Below are positions 11,995 to 26,130 of a stretch of DNA of 64,000 bases, piece by piece (the first letter of the stretch is position 1; each line of letters opens with the position of its first letter). The stretch comes from Lingula anatina (lineage: Eukaryota > Animalia > Brachiopoda): assembly GCA_051362555.1 (NCBI GenBank), contig CM120643.1, forward strand, positions 24,556,848-24,620,847, read 5' to 3'. A program made the position numbers and the translations under genes. Below the pieces are notes generated by a model. That model made no database searches. It worked only from the letters and a program-made list of their open reading frames with translations, and had not been told where the DNA came from.

Positions 11995-13936
11995 TTAAGG
12001 ACAGTCAAGATTATGACCTGGGTGAGGCTTAGAAAAGCTCTTTTATCAATTGATTGGCCCTTAATTTATCAATTGGACTTGTCAAACACGGACAGTGTGG
12101 GGCTTAATTAGCAACTCAGATTTTTACCAATATTTGAATAATGCTCTAGTGAGCATGTAGGACAGAAGCACATGGTTCAGTAATAAAGTCGGTTGTGAAG
12201 ATATTACAGTAAGCTGCTTGTATATTAATTTTTTCTATTAATCTCTCTTGACAAATTAACCAGTAACACATTCAATCACAAACCTCTTACTCCTCAGTTC
12301 TCCTGAATTAAACTCTTTAAAGTAGATTATGTGGGCACCACCAGGTACTCTTTACTCAAGATTTGACAGTTCATTTATCTTTTCACTTTAATATAGCTTA
12401 CTGATATCGTTCAAGCACATACAAGCACATGCTTCATTCTGCTCCTTAAATCTCAAATAAGAGTTGCATCTTCTATGTATATTAACTTTTACCTTTTACC
12501 CAAGTGCCAGCTCTTTTCCAGTATATGCCATGCAGTTGAACTGTCAGTGACAGTTTTTTTTCAGTTCCTACACTTTTTGCACTATATATTTCTTAGCTTA
12601 TTTCTGTATTAATTAACTTACTGTTTTCTTATAAATTTTTCATACCAATTACCGGTATGTTCTTCTAGATGCAAAAGATAATGTTGTTTCAGCAAGCTTT
12701 GTAATTTAGCATTAACATTTAGAAACTCAGAGAATTTTATATTTCAAATATTCAAAAATTATTCTAAAAAATATTAAAATTATAACAAGCCACATATAGA
12801 TGTCAGTCAAAAATCACAGGTGGTTAGAAAGCTGTGTTCTGAATGGGTCTTAATTGGTAAATTACACATGGGTTTAAACATTAATGAAATGCATTTTCAA
12901 AGATTCTTCTAGCACCTACTTTGCTGGCTTTGTCCCTTGGAATCTTGAAGTACACAAATATCAAATTTCTAAACATTTGTACTTCCAGCACCTGTTTTGC
13001 CAGCTTTACCTCCTGGAATGTGTTAGTTGTACTGTGCCTCAACCATTGTGACCAGATATCTGAGACATTGTGCTTACCATTCATGTTAATTTGTTAATTC
13101 TCAAGATACATGTACTTAAACCTTAAAAATTTTAATGCCTCTTTTTCAGATAACAATTCCCTTTTTTTCTTTAAAGGACATTACAAAAAAGGCATACTAA
13201 TTGATATGTCTGACCATGTACCAATTTAGGTGTCTGTCATGCTGTTGTCTGGAAAACCATTTTTAATGACTTACTTAAATTATCTTGTTTGCATTTAAAA
13301 ATTGGAAGGAGAATATTTTTTAGATAAAAAAAAATTAGTAAGTACTGAATGTAAAGTTAGATATGTAAACCTAGAATGTGAATTTTAAAATTAGTTTTCC
13401 ATTTTTAAAGGAGGCAGAAATTACTTAGCATTCTTTCATATAATTTTACAACACAAGGCATGTTTGCCACTAATTTGATTACAGGAAAAAAGGGAAAAAA
13501 CTGAATTTCTGCTCTTCATAGTTATTTATTTACTCCACAGACACAAAACAATAGATCAAAAGCATATAATTATATTTGAAATCTTCAATTCAATTTTCAT
13601 GAATAAATCAAAAACCTAGACTACATGTAGGCCATTTAAACATTTTTTCTTAATTTACTAATTTGCTGATGGAAATCGACTGGAAATTGCCTGTGACCAA
13701 ATATAAATTGAATGTATGTATATCTTTTGATGATTAGCTGTACTGGTAGCTATATTCTAGGAAATAACATATTTAAATTCAACAAAGACTATTCCTAAGG
13801 TCATTCTTCTCCTAGTCACAGGTCATTTTTTCAACACATTTGACACTGTTCAGTACAGACAGCGCAGGTATGTCTCCTTATGGTCATTGTATTTAGTGCC
13901 AATATTACATGTATGACCCATATTTTATGTTCTATA

Positions 13937-16900
13937 CTATTTAGTACAGACAACACATGCTAGTTCTCTTCCATCCACATATGGTGGACAGGGGAGGGTG
14001 CCACATTTAACTTCAGCAGTGTAAAACGAGGCAGCAATTTTGTCCTCATGGCCTCCAGCTACCACTTCTGGAGCTTCATCAAGACAGACAAATTCAGTTC
14101 TCGCATAGTCATCACGATTTGATACCAGGTATCCATTGTACTCTGTTGTCCACCCAGCTGGACATGTCTTCTTGGCTGGTATCATCACATGACTGGGGCG
14201 TGTTTGGGTGTAGCATACAGCACAGGGGGCATCTTGGTCAGGAAGATTATGACCTCCTGTATTGGACTTTGAAAATATGTTACTTTTAACATATTCATAT
14301 TGCACACCATGTATGTAAGAACCTAAATCTTGCCCTCCATCTTGGTATTTCCCCCACTCTGGTGTCTGTGGCAAACACAGGTAATTACTGCCTCCTCCAG
14401 TTTTGCGTTCGTCAGTTCCAGAAGCTATCCCTAAAGATAAAGTTATACAATTTAGACATTTTTAATTGTAAGCTTAGTTGCCTATATTTTTATGCAGAGG
14501 AAGATCAAGTATAAAATCTTTTAAAATGTGGTTCATGTACGGTATACCGAGTTATCCCTAGAAAACCTATTTGTTACAACATGCATTTTACCTTTGTACA
14601 AAAGTTTTGAATGTGTTGAACAAGTTGTCCTTCCCCAATGTATATACACTGCTCCACCATTGTTGTTATTGGCTGGTAGAGCTGAAAACATACAGAAAAC
14701 TATATTGTGAACACTACACTGCTACACGTATGTCTGGTAGTGCTTTAAGACCAGATAACATAAAAATGTACATTTAAAAACTGACGTCACACTCATTTTT
14801 GCACAACAACCTTTGTTACTTTCTATCAGGGCCACAGATTGATTTTTCACAGAATATTCACAGGTACATGTATGCCTTTAGATAAATAGACGGTCATTTA
14901 CTTATCTGATCCTGTAATGAAATCTCTAGGCTGATTACATGTCTGGTAATTGTTTGCATAACTGTCCAGGCTAAGTCACTTTGACAGCAATGAAGACGGT
15001 TATATTAATTGCTCTGATTTAAATCACTTGTTCTTTTGTGACAAATAAAAGTAGCCCCTTCTGAATACTGTAGCTTGTTACAACATATTGAAAATAATTG
15101 AGAAATCTCCTTAGTAGCTCCCTACAGAGCTGGTACAATTCCGCAGTGACGAGAAGGTTAAAATCATACTAAGCCCAGAAAATGAGAAAGAATTGTACGC
15201 TGTTGGTAAATACATTCAGAGGGCAACTTCCAAAAGAAATGAGCATCTGCCACACTGAAGTAGCCTCATCCTGCTATATATTATATGAACCATAAGTATG
15301 GCACATTAGATACATATAGCTATAAGCCTATCAATGAAAATGTGTGTTCCCTCAGTGTATTGAACTATTTACAATTGTAATAAGTATTTTAAACAACGTA
15401 TACACTGTTTTTAATAATCTTAAACACTGTATTAGTAGTAATCCATAGTGATGTATAACTATTTATTTATTTATATATTTGTAGTATAGAGGGCTAACAA
15501 ATGTAACTGTCACATTTAATGCTCGAATAAATTATTATTATAATTCCATCTGTGTGCGGGCAGATTTAACTGCTTCCATCTGGCCAAAAATCACACAGTG
15601 GTTTTTCCAATTTTTCCCTATATAATCTGCCACCCTGGTAGAGGGTAAACCTTTGTAACATTTATCAGAACAACTGTCTGTTTGCTAAAAAGTAAAACCT
15701 TCGATAAAATGGAAAAAATGAATTTGTTAATGAAGTCAGTGGACAGTAACATACAGAACAATTAACAAAACTAAAAGGAAGAGGTTCACATAGTTAAAGC
15801 ACCAGACAAACCTGTAGGTGGCACCCCTTTCTGAATTCCAATTTGTCCCAGCATTTGTTTGAGGGTATCCAATGTTAGAGATCCTGGGACCCCTTTAGGT
15901 CCAGGGGGCCCCTTAGAAAATAAAAAAATATCAATTATGAATTATTTTTATGAATTAATTACTAATTATTTATATGTTTTTACAAAAACAAGAACAAAAA
16001 TTATAATGTTGTAATTAAATTATATCTACATCAATATATATTTATTTGGTATTTTTTTACTATCGATTCCAACTTATGTATGTCACATCCCAAGCCTTCA
16101 TACTCTAGAAGCAATTTTTAAATATTGTATAATTATTATAATTATATATGATGGCATACAATTTTATTCAAGAAAGAAAATTTATTCTAAAAGTCATGGA
16201 ATTTGTCATAAGAGAAGATCAGTAAAGTTACCTGAATACCATCTCTGCCATCCCTGCCATCTCTTCCTGGGGGTCCCTGGGGTCCTTGTAGACAGCCTGA
16301 ACTTACCACTAAAATACAGGACACAGTGGTTTGAATTGCTGGTTTTTTAAACAGGATACAGATGCTGCACGTTGATACTCAACCATAAAATGCCTATTGT
16401 CACATATAATATTATCTAAAATCAATATATCCTCTTGATATATCTTATCAGGAATTGTATAAAATGTCAGTTCAAGACTTCTAACAAATGATAGCTTACA
16501 GTTTCCTTGCTGCACTTGTCGCTTGGTAATAAAATGGTTTCCATGGTGAAGGTTTGTTGCATTTTGCTCATGAACAGTGATAGTTTGTGCATCAAGCTTC
16601 AACTTGATTTTCTGAATATCTGACTATTTAAAAGATTACATTAGTCTTTATACTATAGATCTGTCATTTTCAGCATATGGAAATTGTTCAACATAGGTTG
16701 GTAAGATGTTAATTTTAGTGATAGTTAAGATATACCACGTGGGAAATTAACAATGTTGGGGTTGGGCGGAATTTCAAATACAAAATACCTTCAGTTGTTT
16801 GTTTTCCTGCCTCACTGCAGCAACCTCAGCTTTCAGTTTTTTCATCTCTTGTCCCTGCTTGTCCAGTCTTTCAACCAGTTTTATCAACACGGCATTACTG

Positions 16901-16980
16901 GCACTGTCATGATGATGTCTTAAAGTTGATGCAGAGACAGTAGCAACAAAAAGAGAAGTGAATAGTACATGAAAATACAT
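13937..16980 (-). CDS. Short-chain collagen C4-like paralogue B2, 6 exons
   Basis: Exons 16789-16980, 16500-16623, 16232-16308, 15812-15911, 14592-14681, 13937-14430. Open frame. Lacks the two middle exons present in B1. Confidence 0.87.
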
Positions 16981-17724
16981 GATGTACACCCGTCTGTAGC
17001 AGCCAAGATGCTAACCTGGGCGAGGCAAGGAAAACTCTTAAATTGCTGAAGCCATGATTTATCAAGTGGACATGTCAGATAATTACAATGTGGATCTTAG
17101 AAAGTTGGGTTTCTACAAATATTTGACCAGCGATAGTATAAGGGAAGCAGCTAATATTTCTTCTATAAATCATGTGTTACGTTTGACAACCAGTCACAAA
17201 TTCAATCATAAACCTCTCACTCCTCAGTTTTCCTTAACTAAAACTGTATACTCTTTAAGCTTCAGTGGTCACCACCAGGGACTCTTTTCTTGACATTTAG
17301 CATTTCCCTATTCATTTATACGTTAAGTTCATAAGTAACTTAAATTTCTCAGGAACATAGAAAAGGTGCAATGTGTCTTTAAGCACTTAACACTACATCT
17401 CTCTAATGTCTTATAAAATTTATAATGTAATGTGCATATGTTAACTATGTTATGATAATTTTTCTTGTCTTCCATGAGCTGCTTTTTAGTTATTTGTCTG
17501 ACTAGTTGATCTTTTTCAATGTACGTCAGTTCCTAAACTTTTTGCAATATTTATATTTTCGTTAATTTCTGTATGACTACCATTTTTTCATAACGAGCAG
17601 TTCATTTAATAACATTTTTCTAGATTAAAAGGACAGTATTATATTTCAATTAAAATATTAACAGTAGGAACAATAATTCTTTCTTCAATGAACTCCACTG
17701 TATGATGCTCCTGTGTCCTTGCAG

Positions 17725-18115
17725 ATGGAAATACAAGTTATTTGTCACCCCTAGTCACCTGGTGATGCTGACAGGAGCAGCACTGGCAGGCACATGTGGC
17801 TTTATAGCTGGAATAGTGGGTTTACTGCAGTGGAGAGAAAAGGTAATGGATCAGAATTCTTATTTATTTTATTTATTTTCATTATCAATATTTCACTTTT
17901 ATTTCAATTTATTATAATTGATATGACTGTTTTTATTTTTTTCATGCATTAAGCATTATCATTTGCCTAAATTGCTTTCAAGAGTTCACTCCCTAATAAC
18001 ATATAGGCAACAAAAGAAGGCCATCACAGTTTACAGGTTGATTAAAATTTGGCAAAGTTTTTGCTGCTTTGATTTATGACAAACCCAAAGAGATTATTTT
18101 TGAAATCAAGTCTTG

Positions 18116-18149
<34 letters not shown>

Positions 18150-18381
18150 TAATGATAAGGCATATTTTTTCCTTTGGTTAAAAAGTAGTTTTTTCTAAAG
18201 ACCATAAGTATTTTAATGCATGAGACATTTAGTCTCCTTAGAAATGACATATTTTTACATCATTTTTACAGATCTAGTTCAACGCAATATTTCCATTGTA
18301 AAAATTATCATTTCTTTTCAGAGAGAAGATCAGAAAGAAAAAAGACAAGAATCTCACAAATTTCATTTTGATGCTATGTAA
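17725..18381 (+). pseudogene. ITFG1: Orphan last two exons of ITFG1 (T-cell immunomodulatory protein / linkin), copy 1
   Basis: Exons 17725-17842 and 18322-18381 give WKYKLFVTPSHLVMLTGAALAGTCGFIAGIVGLLQWREK|REDQKEKRQESHKFHFDAM*, matching the ITFG1 TM plus HRFHFDAM-type tail. No upstream exons seen. 3'UTR-like sequence runs to AATAAA at about 19955. Confidence 0.88.
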
Positions 18382-18964
18382 CATGCAGAACACCCTTGCC
18401 TATGGCTCCTGGTGCTGAGGAACACTGGATATCCAGTTTCACTTTCATTTTAATGCAGTGACTGTAATGTACAGGATATGTAGTTCTATGTGACTATGAA
18501 AACTTCTCTTTCATTTTCATAACATGCCTGCAGTGTAAGGAAATTGATTTTCACTTTAGTGCTCTGTGCTACTTAGGCATCTACTGTCAGAAACTAAAAA
18601 CTAACCAATAATTTAAAAGCTGCATATTACTGGTATTTGATGTGTCTGGTGTGATTAGTAAAATTAATCTTTATGAAAGTGCAGTTTTCTAGTGGCCAAA
18701 AGTTGCAGAACTTTTTGTTTCTTTTGTCTTGTTTATTTATTTATTTATTTATTTATTTTTGTAGTGTCACATCCATGCTTAGAAAGAAACCGAAGGGAGC
18801 ACTTTGAGTGACAAATTGGATCAACCTGTAAGGTTGTGACATACAAAACTGGAACTACCAATATCACGCCATGCTATTTAAAAAGCAGGGTTCAGACAAA
18901 AAGGGCAAAAACAACAAATAGCTTTTTTCCTTACTTATTTCATATGGAAAATACATGACAGTCA

Positions 18965-19132
18965 CAGGGGCGGGTTGAGGCCGTCTTCTGGGTCTTCCGG
19001 AAGATGGTCAGATATTCAAGTTTACATTGACGGGTACCTAATTTTTTCTGTCGGAAGAGGGTCAAAAATGGAGGATGGGTCACCAAAGATAATTTGGAAG
19101 ACTGTCAGAAAATAGCTCTGGATCCGCCCCTG
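18965..19132. mobile_element. MITE with CAGGGGCGG.. TIRs (hAT-like)
   Basis: TIRs CAGGGGCGG / CCGCCCCTG. Absent from the paralogous UTR near 45650. Second copy at 23252-23418. Confidence 0.75.
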
Positions 19133-20269
19133 CTGTTATTATTTTGTACAATACCACTAGGAATGTGTGTGTGACTGAGTTCCTGTATACATGTTTGTGT
19201 GTGTGCATATAATCATGGTAGAATGGAAAATTCTTTTGACAATCTTATTTCTTCTGATAATGTTATTTATTATTGTTGAAATATTTTTGGTATAATACTG
19301 AAAACTTATTTATTCTGTTGTTTAGATTTTATGCAATGATATGAAGAAAAAAAACTGAATTTTTTTACAGATTTGAATTCAAGTGGGAAAGGAATAGTTA
19401 ACAGCGATGTTTTCAACATTTGAGACCTAGATTTATAAGCTAGATCAGTTTATTTATATAGAGTGATAATATTTGTTTCAGAAATTTAAACTGTCCGTTT
19501 TGTTTTTTTTAGCTCAGTATTATTTTTTATTTGTCTGCATTACTTAAAAAGAATGTTACCTATAAAAACATTTGATAGATGCTTAGCTTAGTTTTATATT
19601 ATATCAGTTGAAAACATGGCTGTATGGACTTTTTAATATTTAACTTTATTAATTTAGTCTTTTCAATTGGACGTTGGTAAAAAAACTTGTCATATTTAAT
19701 TATTTGAATGTTTTCTCTTTTGCCTTTTGAAGTAAATGCATTTAGTGCTCTTTAAGTTGAATATTAATGCTACTTGTATCTCTAACATTTAATTTAGTGA
19801 CTTTAGAGAAGTCAGCCTAAAGATATTTTCTTCATAAATTACAAATAATCAGTGATAAGTGTTAATTAGTTTGACATTTTAAAGCAAAGATCAGATGTAT
19901 ATGTAACCTTTTTCTTTTTACACTAAATTTATTTTATTTTATTGTCGATTGAACAATAAACAAAAGGATAAACCATGCTAGTTGTTATACAGGCATTTAT
20001 TGTCAGAGGTAAAGGATAAAATCACTGTCATTTGTTTAAACAATTTGCCTTATTAACTCATCTGCTGTTAAAATCAATTTAAGTTGATAAATATCTATTA
20101 TTGTTAAGTACTGGATATAAGTCACATATTAAATGGAAAAGTATATTTTAATAATTACTTATCAACATATTTCTTGGAAATACCACTTTAAATTTAACAT
20201 GGGCAGTTTGTATGGTCACTTAAAAAGTTTTTGAAGAACCAACTCAACTCGGTCTATATGTTATGGTCA

Positions 20270-20797
20270 CTATTTAGAGCAAACAACACAGGCCAGTTCT
20301 CTTCCATCCACATAAGGTGGACAGGGGAGGGTACCACACTTAGCTTCAGCAGTGTAGAACAAGGCCCCATTTTTGCCCTCATGGCCCCCAGCTACCACCT
20401 CAGGAGCTTCATCAAGACAGACAAACTCTGTTCTGTGGTGGACATCAAGATCTGATATCAGGTATCCATTGTACTCTGTTGTCCACCCAGCTGGACATGT
20501 CTTCTTGGCTGGTATCATCACATGACTGGGGCGTGTTTGGGTGTAGCATACAGCACAGGGGGCATCATGTTGTTGAAAATTTTGAACTCCTGTATGGGTT
20601 GTTGAAAATATGTTTGAGTAAATCCTTTCATATTCCACACCATGTATGTAAGAACCAGTACCTTGCCCTCCATCTTGGTATTTCCCCCACTCTGGTGTCT
20701 GCGGCAAACACAGGTAATTACTGCCTCCTCCAGTTTGACTGTAGTAGGTTCCAGCAGATATCCCTGATATAAAAAGTTATAAATTCCATTTTATAGA

Positions 20798-20841
<44 letters not shown>

Positions 20842-23683
20842 GATATCATTGTCGTTATCAGTGTTATTATAATATGGCTGAATGGTTTAATAGAACCATA
20901 CTTAAGAAAGATGTACTTTTGGCTCGATCTTTACCTTTGTACAAAAGTTTTGAATGTGTTGAACAACTAGTTCTGCCCCATCGTGTGTATACTGCCCCAC
21001 CATGGCTAATATTGGCTGGTAGACCTGAAAACATACATTTAACCTAGAGAACCATATTGTACTGGTATACACTGCCTCACAATGGCTGATATTGCTCATA
21101 AACCATGAAAATGTACCATGAAAATGTACACTATCAAAACAGACATCTTAATGATCAATTTAATGTTGCATAATCTTTATCCAGTTGATAAGTAGAGCTG
21201 TCTCATAACTAAAAAAAGTAAAACCTTCAAAAATGAATAAAAACTGAAGACACTAATGAAGTCGTATCAATGCAGTAAAATTGTAGAATGTATTCCCAAA
21301 CTAAAAGGAAGACATTCATGTAGTTAAAGCACCAGACAAACCTGTAGATGGCACCCCTATCTGAGCTCCAATTTGTCCCAGCATTTGTTTGAGGGTATCC
21401 AATGTTAGAGATCCTGGATCCCCTTTAGGTCCAGGTGGTCCCTTAGAAAATTTAACAAAATATTAAAACTGATATTCAACAAAGGAATAGGGATTATTAC
21501 ATATTAAGCATAAACTGATGCATTGTCCTATTATTTTATGAAATTGCTTTATACTCTAATTTTCAATTAAAAGTAAAAAATATAAATATTCAATCATAAT
21601 TTTGAATTACAAAACCATTGAATATATACCAATCATGCAAGGTTTTACCTGCATTCCATCTCTACCATCTCTCCCAGGTAATCCAGGTGGTCCCTGAACG
21701 CTGCTCCTTGAGGAGTTACCAACTGAAAAGTATATCTTTTGAATTCAGATAGATACTTTAGATAAAAACATTGTCTGTGTAGAATTAATGCATTTCATAA
21801 CTGCATGCTTTGTACAGTCACCTTACCATTCATAAGGCATCTTCAGTCATCACTACTTTGGGCCAAACATAACCAAAATCAATAATTGTATAATATTAAG
21901 TAGTACAGCTAAATTGAAATATGAATTAGCATTTCATTTTGCATCTGATAGTTTACTGTTACTACTAAGCAATTGTTCTTCATGCTATTTGTTATTTAAA
22001 ATGAAAAGTATATTGTTAAGAAGGAAAAGGCAGGCATTTCATAAGACCTTATGTGGTAGCAAAATGTTTTCTGCTGTAAGCTACAATAAAGAGCTGAGCA
22101 TCTCTACCATTACCTTGTAGTGGTGACTGATATCCAAGCAGTCCAATGATTTGCTTGAGACTGTCTACTGTTAAACCTGGGTTCTGTGGATTAATTTAAG
22201 ATATTTGCGATAAAATGTGGTTAAGATTTCATATTTTATCATTTTACACAAGTTGAATGTTACAATTCAATAACATATATGTCAAAAAGTATTTGTATAT
22301 GATGTACGTGTACTTGTCGTCATTTCACTATCAATTCCAATTGAAATAAAGGTTTCTATGTCAAATTTCCACATCTTCATACTCTAGAAGCAATATTTTT
22401 TAAAAATTAAAAAATTAAAAAAATGTTTTATAATTAATTTATTAAAAGAATATATATTATGGCATATGATTTTATTGTAGAAAGAAAAGTTATTCTAAAA
22501 GTCATCATGTTATTTGTTATAAATGAAGATATATAGAGTAAAATCACCTGAATTCCATCTTTCCCATCTTTCCCATCCTTGCCATCCTTTCCATCTTTCC
22601 CCGGGGGTCCCTGGGGTCCTTGTATACACGATGAACTCACCACTAAAACATAGGACACAGATGCTCAGTATAATACACTCTACTGTTATCTGTTACTTTA
22701 AATATTTTCTGGATTGTCCCATTGTGAATGCTGCACATTTTTGATAAACAATTTTCAGACATTGTGGGTGATTGGTTACCTCAATAACAGTCTTGGTCAG
22801 ATGAAAGGCTTCGATACACCTACTAGTTATTATATGTTGTGGTAGCATCTGTTAAATAAATTGGGGTTTTATGATTCCCCGTTATCAGATTTGGGGTATA
22901 TTCCTTTAATCCTGCAGTATTTTTATCAAGATTTATGATATTTGGTTTCGTAACAATTTTGGCCAAAAAGTCCATTTAAGTATTAACAAATAATGTTAGA
23001 GCTTACAGTTTCCTTGCTGCACTTGTCTCTTGGTAATGGAATGGTGAAAGTTTGTTGCATTTTGCTCAGGAACAGTGATAGTTTGGGCATCAAGCTTCAA
23101 CTTGATTTTCTGAATATCTGACTAATTAAAAAGGTTTGATAAGACTTTTTAGTATCTATGCCATTTAAATATATGGAAATAATAGAATGTAGGCTGTTTA
23201 AGTTGTCAAAATTTTTTATTATTGACAAGAGTGAAGAGAGACAAGGGATAGCAGGAGCGGATTCAGGCCGTCTTTTGGGTCTTCCGGAAGACAGTCAGAT
23301 TTTCAAGTTTACATTGACGGGTATCAATTTTTTTGTGGGAAGACGGTCAAAAATGGATGATGGATCAACAAAGTTAATTTGGAAGACTGTCAGAAAAACA
23401 TCTCTGGATCCGACCCTGGATATAACTTGGAAAATTCACAATCATACAATTAGGCAAGTTGTGAAGCACAAAATACCTTAAGTTGTTTGTTTTCCTGTTT
23501 TACTGCAGCAACCTCCGCCTCCAATCTTTTCAGGAATGTTATCTCTTGTTCTTGCTTGTCCAGTCTTTCAACCAGTTTCATCAACACATCATTATTGACA
23601 TCAGCATGATGTTGTAAAGTTGATGCAGAGACAGTAGCAGCAAAAAGAGCAGTGAATACATGAAAATACATGATGTGCAGCAT
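20270..23683 (-). CDS. Short-chain collagen C4-like paralogue B3, 8 exons
   Basis: Exons 23477-23683, 23007-23121, 22548-22642, 22114-22183, 21649-21722, 21342-21441, 20935-21024, 20270-20763. Open frame. Confidence 0.88.
23252..23418. mobile_element. MITE, same family as 18965-19132
   Basis: High similarity to 18965-19132. Absent from the paralogous B1 intron 1. Confidence 0.75.
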
Positions 23684-24694
23684 TTTGGGACAGTCAAGAT
23701 TATGACTTGGGCGAAGCTTAGAAAAGCTCTTTTATCAATTGATTGGCCCTTAATTTATCAATTGGACTTGTCAAACACAGACAGTGTGGGGCTTAGTACC
23801 AATATTTGATTAATGATATTTATAGGTAAGCTGTTGTCTATTTTTTCTATTAATCTCTCTTGACAATCAGTAGACAGTGACACATTCAATCACGAACCTC
23901 TTACTCCTCAGTTCTCCTGAATTAAACTCTTTAAAGTAGATTACGTGGGCACCACCAGGTACTCTTTACTCAAGATTTGACAGTTCATTTATCTTTTCAA
24001 TTTAATATAGCTTACCGATATCGTTCCGGTGCATAGAAGCACTTCATTTTGGTCCTTTAATATCAGATAAGATTTGCATTTTGTCCCTTTTACATTTTGC
24101 CCAAGTTCCAACTCTTTTCCAGTGTATGTCATGCAACTGAACTCTCAGAAACAGTTTTTTCAGTTCCTACACTATTTGCACTATTCATTTCTTAGTTTAT
24201 TCCTGTATTAACTTACTGTTTTCTTAAAAATTTTTATTACAAATGTTTTTCTAGATGCAAAAGATAATGTTGTTTCAGCAAGCTTTGTAATTTAGCAATT
24301 AGAAACGTAGTATGTTATTTTTCAAATATTCAAAAATTATTCTAAAAAATATTAAAATAATAGCAAGCAACATATATAGATGTCAGTGAAAAATCACATG
24401 GCTAGAAATTTAACCCTGGGAGACCATCTCTGCCATCTTGTCCATTTTTTCATCTTTTCCTGGTGGACCTTGACGGCAACAATTACTGCCAACTGAAAGT
24501 GGAATTCCCAGTTGGTTCTGTTAAGGAAGTTCTTCAAATAATCTACCACAGCATCTAGAATGCACGGCTGATTTCATTACGCCAAAGACACCTAACAGTT
24601 GTTCGTTTATGCCCCTTTTTTAAGAAAGTATTTAGCTTGTAAGTCACACAAGCCAAGCAACTAAACTCCTACTTCACAAAAACTGTTGGGTTAG

Positions 24695-25318
24695 TGGCCA
24701 GTCACAAATCAGTTGCGATGCGTCGGGGATGGGTAAAACCCGGGAAATTTGAACAAAATCTTGAGACAGATCTCACGATTTTGCACCCGTCGGAGGCGCT
24801 CTCCGGACGCCTGCGGGTTGTCGCAGATTTTTTCTACCACACCCGTCGCGGTCCCCAACTTTGAACTTAAATTTTAAGATTGCTCGCAAGATTTTTCACC
24901 CATTTTGGGCATCCCAGACACAATCTCCGATGACCTACGATGCCCTCTGATTAATCGGAGGCGTCCTCCGAATATTCTGAGACTAGTACAGTACAGTGTA
25001 CAGAGAGAAATACAGATGACCGAGGTCAGAAAACCCTCCTTTTCCCCCTCATATATACCCAGGGGGGAAAATTACAAGAAAAGACGCTCGCAGATATCGT
25101 CTCCGATTGCATCGGAGGCGATCGGAGACGATATCTGCGAGCTAACCCCACGATTTTTCGACAAAACCCGGTCAAAATCCTTGAAAAAATCTCAGACAAT
25201 GTGACTGCTCCACTTTTACTAGGATTATTGCTAGGATTGTTCAAGGATTCTTTATTTTCTACGACGACCCTCGGCTAAAACTAATCCCCGACAGATCGCC
25301 GACATTGTGACTGGGCCA
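24695..25318. mobile_element. Non-autonomous TIR element
   Basis: TGGCCAGTCACAA ... TTGTGACTGGGCCA inverted ends. GC-rich interior. Interrupts sequence that is contiguous in paralogous introns. Confidence 0.6.
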
Positions 25319-25320
25319 TT

Positions 25321-25799
25321 GGGGGCCGTAGCGATAGTCCGAAGGTTCAATAGTCCGAAGGTTCATTGGTCCGAAGGTTCAATGGTCCGAATGTGCATTG
25401 AAGGTTCATTGGTCCGAAGGTTCGATAGTCCGAAGGTGCATTGGTCCGAAGGTTCGATAGTCCGAAGGTGCATTGGTCCGAAGGTTCGATAGTCCGAAGG
25501 TTCGATAGTCCGAATGTAGGCCCGCTGTATAAGTGTATAGTGAATTACATGTACAGGGGCGGATCCAAGATTATTTGAAGGGGTGTCCGCGGATGCAAAG
25601 CCCCCACCCCCCTTGGTGTAGGATCTGGGGCCCGCTAAAGGGCCCCGAAAATTGTTGGTGTCTCAAAATGACCACCTATTTATCTAGAGACACATCTGTG
25701 AATATCTGTAAAAAATCTATCAGTCGCCCTGGTAGAGGGTTTAAAAGTTAGGTCTGCACGGGCAAAAATAATGTCAATACTAGCATATTACATTAGTTA

Positions 25800-25845
<46 letters not shown>

Positions 25846-26095
25846 AGATCTTGATGTTTTTCATGGGATTGGAAGTTGACGATATTTAACTGCTAAGGTT
25901 TATTTTGTAAAATCAAATGGAAATTTTCTCACGAGTCACGAGTGTATCTACTTTTTGCATAGTACGTTTTTCTTCGTTTAAATGAATTTGTTACAAAGAC
26001 AGCATTTTTGGTGTTGTTCATCAGATTAGAAGTTTAACTGTTTTAGAATATTTCAACATGTTCAAACTGCCTTCTCACTTGTATTTTACGTTTAA

Positions 26096-26130
<35 letters not shown>

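Noticed and set aside
24905-25244. ORFs within the GC-rich TIR element
   Set aside because: No transposase motifs; likely chance ORFs in a non-autonomous element.
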